Below, in pieces: positions 12,181 to 23,681 of a stretch of DNA of 64,000 bases. The stretch is from NCBI RefSeq assembly GCF_018977255.1, contig NW_024704743.1, forward strand, positions 82,400,001-82,464,000, in the 5' to 3' direction. The position numbers were made by a program, and so were the translations under genes. The stretch comes from Callorhinchus milii. Its lineage: Eukaryota. Under the pieces are notes generated by a model, which was given only the letters and a program-made list of their open reading frames with translations, was not told the DNA's origin and did not search any database. Each line of letters opens with the position of its first letter. Position 1 is the stretch's first letter.

Positions 12181-15130
12181 TAGAATCATAGAATCATAGA
12201 ATTATACAGCACAGAAGGAGAGGCCATTTGGACCATTGTGTCTGTGCTGGCCCTTTGAAAAGAGCTTCCCAAATCAATCCCACTACCCCCGTTCTCTACC
12301 CGTAGCTCTGCAAACGTGTCCTCCCCAAATAATTATCTACTTCTCTCTCAAAAGTTGTTATCGAATCGGCTTCCACCACCCTTTCAGACAATGCCTTTCA
12401 GATCCAAACAACTCGCTCTGTGAAAAAATTTGTCCTTACCTCCCCTCTGTTTCTTTTTACAACTATTTTAAATCAGTGTCCTCAGGTTACCGACCCGCCC
12501 GCCAGTGGAAATAATTTCTCCTTGTTCACCCTATCGAATCCCCTCATAATTTTTAAAACTTCTATTAGGTCTCCTCTTAACCGTCTCTGCTCCAAGGAGA
12601 ATAATCCCAGCTTCTCTAGCCTCTCCTCATAACTGAAGTCCCTCATTCCTGGTGCCATCCTGGTAAATCTCTTTTGCACCGTCTCCAATGCCTTGACATC
12701 CTTCATAAAGTGTGGGGCCCAGAACTGAACACAGTACTCGAGCTGAGACCTAACCAGTGTTTTATAAAGGTTTATTATAACTTCCCGACTTTTAGCCCAT
12801 ATACTTTTTTAACAGCTTTATCTGCCTGTGCTGCCACCATCAAAGATTTACTTATATGAACCCTCAGGTCTCTCTGTTCCTTCACCCCCTTTAAGATTGT
12901 ACCATCAGCTTATATTGCCTCTCCTTATTCTTCCTCCCAAAATACATCACTTTGGATTTCTCCACATTAAACGTCATCTGCCACGTGTTATGGCAGCATT
13001 TTACCAGTCTGCCTACGTCCATTTGCAGTCCGCTACTATCCTCCTCACTGTTTACTACTTTTCCAGCTTAGTATCATCTGCAAACTTGGAAATTGTACTC
13101 CCTATACCCAAGTCCAGGTCATTTATACAAATCAAAAACAGCAGTGGTCCCAATACTGATTCCTGGGGGACACCACTGCACACTTCCCTCCAGTCAGAAA
13201 AACAACCGTTCACCACCACTCTCTGCTTTTTGTCTCCCAGTCAGTTCTGTATCCATGCTGCCACTGTCCCTTTAATACCGTGGACTTCTATTTTGCTTAG
13301 AAGTCTCTTAAATTACACTTTATCAACCCCTTTTGAAAATCCATATAAACTACATCAACTGCACTACCTTCATCCGCCGTCTCTGTTACTTCATCAAAAA
13401 ACTTTCAGGTTTGTTAGACATGATTTGCCTTTAACAAATCCATGCTGTCCTTTATTAACCCATATTTTTCTAAATGAAAATTTATTTTGTCCCGGATTAT
13501 AATCTCTAGAAGTTTCCCCACTACTGACGTTAGGCTGATTGGCCTGTAGTTCCCAAGTTTATCCTTCTGCCCCTTTTTGTACAAGGGAGTAACATTTGCA
13601 ACCCTCCAGTCCTCTGGGACCACCCCAGTGTCCAAGGAGGATTGAAAGATTGTGGCCAGAGCCTCCGTTATTTCCACCCTTACTTCCCTCAATAACCTAG
13701 GATGCACCCCGTCTGGACCAGGTGACTTATCTACCTTGAGCACCGTCAGCCTTTTTAGCAGCTCCTCTTGGTTTATTCTTATCTTATCCAATTTCTCTAC
13801 CCTCTCCTCCGATACTGTGACATTGGCTGCATCCTCTTCTTTTGTGAAGACAGATGCAAAGTACTCATTCAGTACGTCAGCCATGCCCTCTGTCTCCGCA
13901 AGAAGATTTCCTCTTTGGTCCCTAATTGGACCCACCTTTTATTCTTTATATGCTTATAAAATACCTTAGGGTTCACTATATTGCCCGCAATCTTTTCTCA
14001 TACAATCTCTTTGCCCCTCTTATTTCCTTTTTCGGTTCTCTTCAGTACTTTCTATATTCTATTTGATTAATTTCTGTATTTTGGACCTGACATTTATTAT
14101 AAGCCTCTATTTGGTGGTCTATAGTATACACCTAACAGAGTAACAGCTCCTTTTCTTCTCCTTAACTTCAACTAAATAGATTCTGTTTTTGACCCTCTCG
14201 CACATCTTTCCTTTCCAGGGCCGTAACCATGTCTTTAATCAATATTGCCACTATTCCCTCTCCTTTTTTTTCCTTCCTTATCCCTCCTAAATACATCGTA
14301 GCTAGGAATATTCAGCTCCCATTCCTGCCCTTGTTTGAGCCAGGTCTCTGTTGCCACCTCATCATACCCCATGTGGCAAATTGAGCCTGAAGCTCACCAA
14401 CCTTATTTGTCACACTCAGTGCATTTATGTACATGCACTCCAAGACCGACTTAGTCTTTTCTGCATTTCTCCCCCATCTAATCCCTCCTTTTTCTGGATT
14501 ACTCCTTATTATTTTTATTTTTCGCCCACAAATATACAGTCAATTCACTTTATAGTCTAATCTGTGAAGCGCTTTGAGACGTCTAGAAGATGTGAAAAGC
14601 GTAATATCAAATGCAAAGATTTACATTGCTATTCATCTCTCACAGCCCTTATGTAACTTGTTTGTCCTCTTTAATGCTACATCCTGATTCCCTTCCACCC
14701 TCGAAATTAATTTAAACCCTTGCCTATAGCACGAGTTACCTCCCTGCGAGGACATTGGTCCCAGCCCTGTTTAGGTGTAACCCATCCACTTTGTACATGT
14801 CCCACCTGCCCCAGAACTGATCCTAATGATCCAGGAACCTGAAACCCTCCTTTCTGCACCATTTCTCCAGCCATGCATTCATGTGTTTGATCCTGCTGTT
14901 TTGATACTCACTTGCATGAAGCACTGAGAGTAATCCAAAGATCACCACCTTTGAGGTCTTACTTTTTAGTTTTTTCCCTAGCTTCTGATACTCTCCCTGT
15001 AGGATCTCAGACCTTTTTTCCTACATTATGGATCCCAACATGGCTCATGACTTCTGGATGTTCCCCTCCCCCCCTTAGAATGGTTTGCACCTGTTCCTTG
15101 ATGTCTTCAAACCTGGACTGTAGACTGAAG
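12181..15130 (-). mobile_element. CR1 LINE with internal deletions in FAM83A intron 2 (ORF2 remnants plus ORF1 esterase remnant)
   Basis: (ATTCTATG)n 3' tail at 12181-12205. [21 protein letters not shown] and KSPGPDGVHPRLLRE. ORF1-like MNAWLEKWCRKEGFRFLDH at about 14826-14882. A SINE tail is nested at about 14520-14625. Confidence 0.9.
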
Positions 15131-15309
15131 TTAGTCTGTCTTCAGCCAATGCACATCGCTAGAAAGTTTTATATGGCAGAACCGTCTAGAAGGGGTGTTC
15201 TGCAATGCTCCACACTGTCGATGCTGTAGAAGTGACAATGCAAATACTGTGCACATGTATTCTAGCACTGGACACTAAACATAGTAGTTTCCTCCTCAGT
15301 CCCCAATCC

Positions 15310-15610
15310 ACCACCCTGCACCTCTGCTCGACTGGCACTGGCCGCCTGCTCGTCCCCACGCCCCACCATGGGAGGTCGCGCTTTCAGCCACTACGCCTCA
15401 ATACTCTGGAACAATCTCCCTCAATCCCTATGCCTTGCCTCCTCTCTCCCCTCTTTCAAGTCCCACCTGAAAACTTTCTTCTTCAACCGTGCTTGCAGCC
15501 ACCTCCACCTTCACCCCGGCTCAGAGTCAGGCTCCGCCACTGTTAAACGCTCTGAGATGCTACCCTGCATGGAGGGCACTATATAAGTGCAAGTTGTAGT
15601 TGTTGTTGTT
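15310..15610 (+). mobile_element. Short L2 3' end
   Basis: GGRAFSHYASILWNNLPQSL...FKSHLKTFFF followed by a (TTG)n tail. Confidence 0.8.
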
Positions 15611-16292
15611 CCTTGCTCTGATATTTCCCTTATTTTCCTAGCGTAAATTGTTCCCCTATTCATTGTTGACTGAGAAAAAAATATTCCACCCTTAGTTCAT
15701 CTTAGGTGTTAGCACTGTTGCCTCCGGGTTTGAAGGCAATAAGTTCCACCTTGACATCGGAACTTCAGCTCACAATTTAAGTTGACATTCCAGGGTAGTA
15801 CTGGGGGAGTGCTGCATTGCTGAAGCCTTCATTTGGAATAGACATTAAACTGAGGTCCCACTTGCCTGTTCAGGTAGACATTAAATATTCCATGACATCA
15901 TTGGAAAAGAGAAGGAGGTTTTTCCAAATGTCCGGCCCAACAATCCTACAGATCAACTGGTTATTCACCTCATACCTATTTGTGGGCTCCTGAGTTTGCC
16001 TACAAAGAGATAATGTGCTACAAAAATATTTTTTTACCTAATAGCTCTTGTTAATTACCATGAACATCAACTCAACCCACAGCCACGCAGAGGAATGTAT
16101 GCACATTGGGAAATGGGGACAAATTCCATCTTCCACTAGTATGAGGGTGTGTAACAGAGATGTACATATGCTTTCTCATAATAATGATTGAAGAGAGCTG
16201 ACAAGATAATTGCCTTGGTTTAATTGGCACAAAATAATATGATGTTATAGAAGGCTGCTTATACTTGTATAGTAATAATTATAAAACAAATA

Positions 16293-17728
16293 ACAACAGC
16301 AACAACAACAACAATTTGCATTTATATAACGCCCTTCACATGGGATAGTGTCCCGGACAGTGGTAGAGTCTGACCCTGAGACAGGGGGAGAGGGAGTGGG
16401 GAGGTGACCATAAGCACGATCAAACAGAATGGCGGGGTGGGGGTAGGTGGATAAGGCGGAGGGATTCAGGAAGTGAGTTGCAGAGTTTTGAGATGTAGTG
16501 GGTGAAGGCATGGCCACCGTTGGTGGAGCAGAGAGGTTGGGGGACAAACAGGAGGCCGGAGCCAGCCAAGCAGAGGCAGCGGGTGGTGGAGTGGGGGTTA
16601 AGCTGGTCGAATAGGTAGGGCGGTGCGAGGGCATGAAGGGATTTGAAAACAAGTGAGAGCATCTTGAAGTTGATCCATTCAGTAATTGGAAGCCAGGGGA
16701 GTCTGACAAGGACTAGTGTGATGGGGGTACAGAGTTTTGTGCGTATGAGTATCCAGATAGTAGAGATTTAATTAATTGAATTTTGTGTATGGTGTTGCTG
16801 GGGAGACCAGCGAGGAGGGCATTAGAATAGTCCAACTGGGAAGTGACGAAGGTGTGGACGAGGGTTTCAGTTGCATTGGTTGTGAGGTACGGACAGACAC
16901 AGTCAATGTGACGTAGGTGGGAAAAAGTTTTTGTGTCAGGGAACAGATGTGGGGGAGAAAGGAAAGCTGGAGATCAAACCTGACAATGAAGTTGTGCACA
17001 GGTATGAGCGAGAGCCTGGGGAGGTTGAGGAGTTCAGACCCACAGGAGAGAAGACGTTCATGGAAGCCAAAAAGTATGGCTTCCATCTTGCCGACAATTC
17101 AGCTGCAGGAAATATGCGCTCATCCAGCCTTGATGTCCGTCAAAGAAGCTAACAGGACATCAGTGGACTGGAAGTCACACCTGAAGGAGAAGTAGATTTG
17201 GATGTCATCCGCATACATGTGGAAGCTGACCCCATGTCTGCGGATGACATCGCCGAGAGGGAGCATGTAGATAAGGAAAGGAAGAGGGTCAAGGATGGAG
17301 CTCTGGGTACAGGCGACCGGATGGGGGCGGGAGGGAAAAACATTTGGTGAGATATATTGTTGACGGTTTATTAAGTAGGACTCGAACCAGGCTGGTGCGG
17401 TCCCACTCAGGTGGATGTGGGAGGAGATGCGATGGAGGAGAATGGCATGGTCGGCTATGTCGAACATGGCAGAGATGTCCAGGAGGATGAGGAGGCAGAG
17501 GGAACCCTGGCCACACAGAGAGAGAGGACGCCATTTGTTACTTTCACGAGCGCTGTCTCTGTGCTGTGGACAGGGTGAAAACCAGACTGGAGGGATTCAA
17601 GTAAAGAGTGGAGAGAGAGGTGTGAGTGAAGTTAATTTGCAACCACGCATTCCAAAACTTTGCCAGGAATGGCAGGTTTGAGATGGGTCTGAAATTTGTG
17701 AGGTTGGAGGGATCGAGAGTAGGAGAGC
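16293..17728 (-). mobile_element. L2 fragment in FAM83A intron 2, flanked by an approximately 50-bp direct repeat
   Basis: NFRPISNLPFLAK and LIYMLPLGDVIRRHGVSFHMYADDIQIY; (TTG)n tail at 16293-16314. Confidence 0.88.
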
Positions 17729-17837
17729 TGTTATAGAAGGCAGGGTAACTTGTACAATAATAATTATAAAAGAAATATGAAGTAACAGCAGCGAAAACTC
17801 TAACCAATTATTTTCTTTGACTGTATAAACTCTTAAA

Positions 17838-18298
17838 AATAATAATCCTTGCATTTGATATAGCGCTTTTCACATCTTCTAGACGTCACAGAATATACTG
17901 TAAAGTGGTTGTTATAACGTGCTTCATTACAGTTTTGATTTGTTGTTAATGGGAATGATATCTGTGTATGAATGCAACTGGCTAGATATCTTGTGTGCTG
18001 GTCTGTTCCGGTGCTAAAATATGGCAAAATTACAGGACTTCAGGTAACCATCAGTGTTCCACCCTAAAGTGAATTGACTGTATATTTGTGGGCGAAACGC
18101 GGGAGCCAATTGCACACAGCAGTGTCCCACAAACAGTCGTGGATTGAAGTGACCAATTTATTATTGTTTTTTTTCTTGAGGGATTATTATCAGGCGTGTG
18201 GAGTAAGGAAACTTGCCCAAGGTTTCACCCTGCCGGGAATCAAACCCAGGTCTCTCGCTTGCAAAGCAAGTGCTCTAACCACTGAGCTACAGGACTCC
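17838..18298 (-). mobile_element. SINE short form split by a 157-nt insert (FAM83A intron 2)
   Basis: Head and body at 18065-18298, tail at 17838-17907; TAAAGTG is duplicated at the break. Confidence 0.85.
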
Positions 18299-19588
18299 AT
18301 GGTAGTACTTGCTACCCTTGCTAGTACTACAATTACTTGTGAGGTGCTTTGAGTTGTTTGATGTGATAAGACGCTGTAAGGTGCGAGCTCTTCCTTTCAG
18401 TTGCTGAGTGAGCTACTGTGCGTTTCCAGTATTTCCTGTTTGAGGAAAAGCTGTTGATTTGAGGCCGCACCAAAGTCATTCAGGGGAGAGTTGTTCAGGC
18501 CAGCTATGCAATCAGTGCCACAATGTATTTTTCATCTCCATGGGAGCTCAGTTTGACTCAGTTGGTAGCTCTTGTGCAGTACTCAGACAATCTAGACTCA
18601 TACTCCGACGCTGTGCTGCATTGATGGAGATACTGTCTTCAGTTGAATCATCCCATCTGCCTTTTCAGGTAGACATTAAAGATCTTATGACACGGTTCGA
18701 AAGGGAGTATCTCCTAGTGTCCCGGCCAACAATTCCCCAAATGAAATTGGTCAATCACTTCACGTTTGTTTGTAAGACTTTCCTACATGAAGGATGATGT
18801 ATAAATGCATCTCAGCTCACATTCCCCTCCCTCTATGATATTATTAAAGACTGAGGCCTATAGGGTTTTATACATGTGGATTACAAAGATCTATCAGTAA
18901 TAAAACAGCTGATCCATCCACCCATTCACATTTAGTGAATTACCGGCTATAAGCATTGCCTGTTGTAGTACCTTGCCATATAGTCCAAATTATGCAGTTC
19001 CCACCCTCAGGAAGTCTCTTCAAAATCCTTCTGCCTCAACCCCTTCCTTTTGCTTTCAAATTCTATTGAAAAGCCTTTCTCTTTGACTGGACCTTCAGTC
19101 ATCTCCTCCCTACTCCCTACCTTCACCCAGCTCAGACTCCCACTCTGTCTTTGTAAAACATTTCTCGCTGTGAAAGTCCCTATTCAAGTGAAAATTGTTG
19201 TTGTTGAGTTCATTCATTTCAACTAGACTAGCATTGGATTACTGCCAGCTCGGGCTCCTCAAAAACGCTCCAAGCCATTATCCTACATGAAGGGCGATGT
19301 ATAAATGCAAGTTCTTGTTGTTGGCCTCTACACTTGGCCTTAGCATGTATACATTATGACAAATAATCTATATGTTACTACTGACTACAAACTGTAAATG
19401 ACTTTGGGCACAGCTTTAATAGCTGACGATAATGAGTTGCCTGTGGGTGCCTTGGGATGTCCTCCAGATGTGAAAGGCACTATATAAATGCAAGTTATTG
19501 GTTTTATTGTTGTGATTTTGTTTAAAATCTTTAAACCACCTTTGGTTTTCCAGTTACTAACTGCGCATTTTCCCTTTGTATGTTACAG

Positions 19589-19713
19589 AATGTAGGGGTT
19601 CGAAAAGTGTCTGGTGATATATACTGTGCAAAATCCGGGAAAAAATTCTTAGGGCAAATTCATGAAAAATTTATCATCATAGACTGTGTACATGTGTTTG
19701 CAGGTTCATACAG
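19589..19713 (+). CDS. FAM83A: FAM83A coding exon 3, 125 nt, carries the PLD-like HKD motif
   Basis: Not in the ORF track; read by hand. Acceptor ttacAG. Encodes NVGVRKVSGDIYCAKSGKKFLGQIHEKFIIIDCVHVFAGSY(S). Donor AG|GTAAGT, phase 2. Confidence 0.95.
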
Positions 19714-20164
19714 GTAAGTTCAGACCTTTAATGTGAGAACAAATGTCTTTCATTCTCTTACCTTTTATATACAGTGTGGTATAGAAACACAGCCAGGATT
19801 ATAATAATGACACAAACTGAACCAGAAAAACAGACTTGATCAGATGATACGTTCTCTTCAGAAATTAATGTTAATTTAAAAAAATAAAAATGGCTTTCCC
19901 TTTAGATGGGAGGAAATAAACCCCTTCATCTGGTCATAAGAATATTTACTTTGTTTCAACTGACCGCCACCTCCTCTTTCCTTTCCACATACACATTTAT
20001 TATATATTCTGCATATTTATATATATATATAATTTTTTTTTTCTTTTTGCCCACCTGTCTTAATCGAAGATGAGGCCTCTCAACTTATATTAAGAAACCA
20101 AATGCCCTTCTGGATTCAGAGCGACCCTCAACTGTCTTTTCTTCCCCACATTCAAGCTATGACC

Positions 20165-20945
20165 TGCTCTGCCTTCCCTCACCTCCGTAACATCGCAAGT
20201 CCACCAGCACCTCACCCCTCAGGCCACTAAAACTCTTGTCCATGCCTTCATCACTTCCAGGCTCACCTATGCAAACCCCCTGCTTGTCGGCCTTCCCAAC
20301 TCCTCCCTCCACAGGCTGTAGATAATCCAGATCTCTGCAGCCCGTGTCCTCTCCCGCACCAAACTCCCTGACTCCATCTCCCCCACTCCAGTTCAAGATC
20401 CTGGTCCTCACATACAAAGCCCTCCATGGCCTCGCCCCACCCTACCTCTATGACCTCCTAACCTCCTACCAACCCGCCCGTTCCCTCCGCTCAGCCGGCT
20501 CCGGCCTGCTCCACGTCCCCAACCCACCCGCCCCACCATTGGCGGGAGAGCCTTCAGCCACTCTGCCCCCAACCTCTGGAATTCTATCCCCCAATCACTC
20601 CGCCTCACCCCCTCCTTAGCCTCCTTCAAATCCCGCCTCTGCAGCCCGTATCCTCTCCCGCACAAACTCCGTGACCCCAGCTCACTGGCTCCCTATCCTT
20701 CAGAGGATCCAGTTCAAGATCCTGGTACTCACATACAAAGCCCTCCATTGCCTCGTCCCACCCTACCTCTGCGACCTCCTAACCTCAAGACCCTCCTTTT
20801 CGACCATGCCATCGGCCACCCCCCTTCTCCTCCCCTCCCCTCCCAACCCCAGCTCAGGTCTGAAATGCTATACTCTGTCCAGCGCTTTGGAACGTCCTCC
20901 CAACGTGAAAGGGCTTATCCAAATGTAGTCTTGTTGTTGTTGTTG
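20165..20945 (+). mobile_element. L2 3' fragment with an internal tandem duplication (FAM83A intron 3)
   Basis: The QFKILVLTYKALH segment occurs twice (about 20390 and about 20710); (TTG)n tail. Confidence 0.85.
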
Positions 20946-21854
20946 TCTTGAGTAGTTTGGAGGTGTTTTGCAAAACCTGGATGGACTTAATAACCATAAC
21001 TGAATAAGGGGCTGAATGATAAAATAGTTACAACCAGGCTTTGTGACATTTAGAACTGTTTCCACCTTTAACAAGCCCTAATATACAGAATAGAAACGAT
21101 GCCTTGGAATTGCATCCCATCAACATTGCTAATGTTTAATTCATTAATGTTTTGTGCAGATTGGCTGCCTCATTCACCCATAAAATGCACATAGTCACAG
21201 CACTTTACAGTACATTCTGTGAAATGCTTGGTGCTATATCAATAGTGCTATATCAAATGCAAGATTCTCATTATATATTTGCTTTGTTTATTTTATGAAT
21301 GTAAAAAAATCAATTATAAATAAAAAATTACAAAAAAAAAATTGCCATATGAAAGCAATGGTATCCCAAGCTTCAGGAGATATTTTTAAAAATCAGTCAA
21401 TCTTAAAAAAATGCACGACACATAGGCATATTTTGAATATACTTTTTTGAGGAAATAAATATATTTTTTTGCAGTAAGCGTTTAAGGGGTTTCATTTGCA
21501 GTATTTCTTAATGAAGAATCCCATCAGAATTCCTATTGATCCCCAGGAATCCTGGTCTGGAAGCAGATACATAATAATAACAATACTCCTTGCATTTTAA
21601 TAAAGCATCTTATCTCATTGCTGTAACATTTCAAAACTCTTCACAGGATGTATTATAAAGTGACCACCAAGACCCCAGGAGAGAGAAACTCCCTTCAGGT
21701 GGCTTTGAGGGAGATTTTATCCTGTAGTCCTTTCAATATACTCCTTCAAGATCCATCTCAAGACCTTCCTCTTTGATCACACTTTTGGTCATCTTCCCCC
21801 CTCCTTCACCTCTCTTTCCCCCACCCCCTTGCCCCCTGCCAACAGCTCAGTTGC

Positions 21855-22048
21855 AAACTTTCTCTTCAACCGTGCCTTCACCTCCCCTCTCGACTCTCTA
21901 CTCCCTCCTCGTCTCTCCCTTCCCTCCCCTCACCCTGACCAGTTCCCCTCTGCTCAGATCCCAACCCAACTGTCCAGCGCCTTGGGACGTCCTCCCGACG
22001 TGAAAGGCGCTCTATAAATACAATCTTGTTGTTGTTGTTGTTGTTGTT
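21855..22048 (+). mobile_element. Young L2 3' end
   Basis: Highly similar to the reverse complement of 29147-29330; intact 3' stem-loop and (TTG)n. Confidence 0.85.
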
Positions 22049-22466
22049 AGACTTTCCAGCAAGTTGGGTCATGAAAGGCACAATATAAATCTAAATTTGA
22101 ATTATATTTCTCATGGTTCCGGATGGCATGGGAATCCACTTACCAGAAAGGGGTTCCCATTTGTGCAACTTGGATTCTGGATTAAGAAATCCCGTAACAA
22201 ATATCATAAATTATCCTATGTAGCACGCCAATAAGATCAGGCTGTCTCATCAACACTATACCTGGATAACTATTTCAAAGGCATATGCATAGATGTTATT
22301 GTTATAGAGTTTGAAATGATTATTACAAATTTCAAAACTAATGTAATAAATAGACCTAGGCCAAACTATGGACTTACTTTTTCACAAAATGCAGAATTAT
22401 TTTACTTTCAATAAAATATCGAATGCCGTTGACATTTTATCTGATCTGACGGCTTCTCTCTTACAG

Positions 22467-23154
22467 TTTTACTTGGCTGTCAGATCAAGTTCACAGGAAC
22501 TTTGTGACCATTTTCTCAGGACACATCGTTGAACTATTCGACACTGAGTTCCGCAGGCTCTATGCTCAGTCTAAGCCAGTCAGTGAGTTCAGCTCCACTA
22601 CTCAAACAGTGCCTTTCCCAGTTCTGAACAATTTAGCCGTGCCCGTGGTCAACTCAAATGTCAAGTGGCCAGAAAGCCACAACACCCAGTCAGATGCTTT
22701 TAGCAGTCTGTCGAGTTGCAGCGAGCCAACCAGAGGTTTTCCATCAACACTCTTCTCAAGTGGCAAAGGTGATGGTCATCCCAGCCCAAGACAAAATGGT
22801 ACTCCTGAGCGCAGGGTGTACATTCCATGCCAGAAACAAAGGCACTACTCTCTCTTGGACATGGATCCTCCTCGTTCGGTGCCAGCTGAACGCTACTTCC
22901 AAGAGCCACCAAGAACAGCAATGAATTTTAAGGAGGTCAACGTGCTCACCACTCAGAGAGGGAAACCACACAACACATCACAAATGTCACCAATAGCGAG
23001 GAATTACTTCCTGACAGACGGCAAACAGTATATCAGTCAAAAGCCAGTCATCAAACCAAAACACTCAGTAGAGTTATTTAAACTTAACAAATTGACAAAT
23101 CCCAAGTACATCTACAGTACATATGAAAATGTTGCAATGCATCTAAAGTACTAA
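22467..23154 (+). CDS. FAM83A: FAM83A coding exon 4 (end of DUF1669 plus Ser/Pro-rich tail) to TAA
   Basis: Acceptor ctctcttacAG. The phase-2 junction restores SFTWLSDQVHRNFVTIFSGHIVELFDTEFRRLYAQSKPV. The FxxxF CK1-docking motif FDTEF is at 22537-22551. Stop at 23152-23154. Confidence 0.94.
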
Positions 23155-23470
23155 AAAAAATTATCACAAAATTCTTTACCTAAAATTGCTCGCCCTGAAT
23201 ATTGTCTTGCTGGCTTTAGTGAATGATGTTGCAATAGGCAACTTTGAAATCATTAAAACATTCAGTTCTCACCAAGTGAGATCCTCAGAGGCACAAATTG
23301 TCAGAGTTAATGTTTATATGTTGCATTTTCATAACTGGTCAATTTTCCCAGCCTGTGCTGGATATTTTGTAAGTAAGAGCTTGAATTTGAAATAGCAATA
23401 GGTAGTTTTTGGATTACAAATGTGTGCAGTGGAAATGTGTTTGTTGGGTAAGATTTGACCGAGTACCTTT

Positions 23471-23681
23471 AATAAATAAGTCCAACCACTTAAAAGGTAA
23501 AGATTTGCTATTCAATATTGAAAAAAAATTGTCATTATATAAAAACTTTTAATGGACAACACTACCTTAAAACAGAATTACAGATGGCTTAAAAGGTCAC
23601 ACATATTCTACATTACTATGTAAATTACTGAAACCTGCTTATTCTCATGGTTACAGCAATAAGGCCTACTGCGGCAATAAA
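23471..23681 (+). terminator. Candidate FAM83A polyadenylation signals (AATAAA at 23471 and 23676)
   Basis: AATAAA hexamers 0.3-0.5 kb after the stop. More occur at about 24.2-24.9 kb, so the site actually used is unknown. Confidence 0.4.

Noticed and set aside
18781..19309. 29-nt direct repeat TCCTACATGAAGG..GATGTATAAATGCA, 500 nt apart
   Set aside because: It is the common L2/SINE tail motif, so independent tails explain it and LTRs are not needed.
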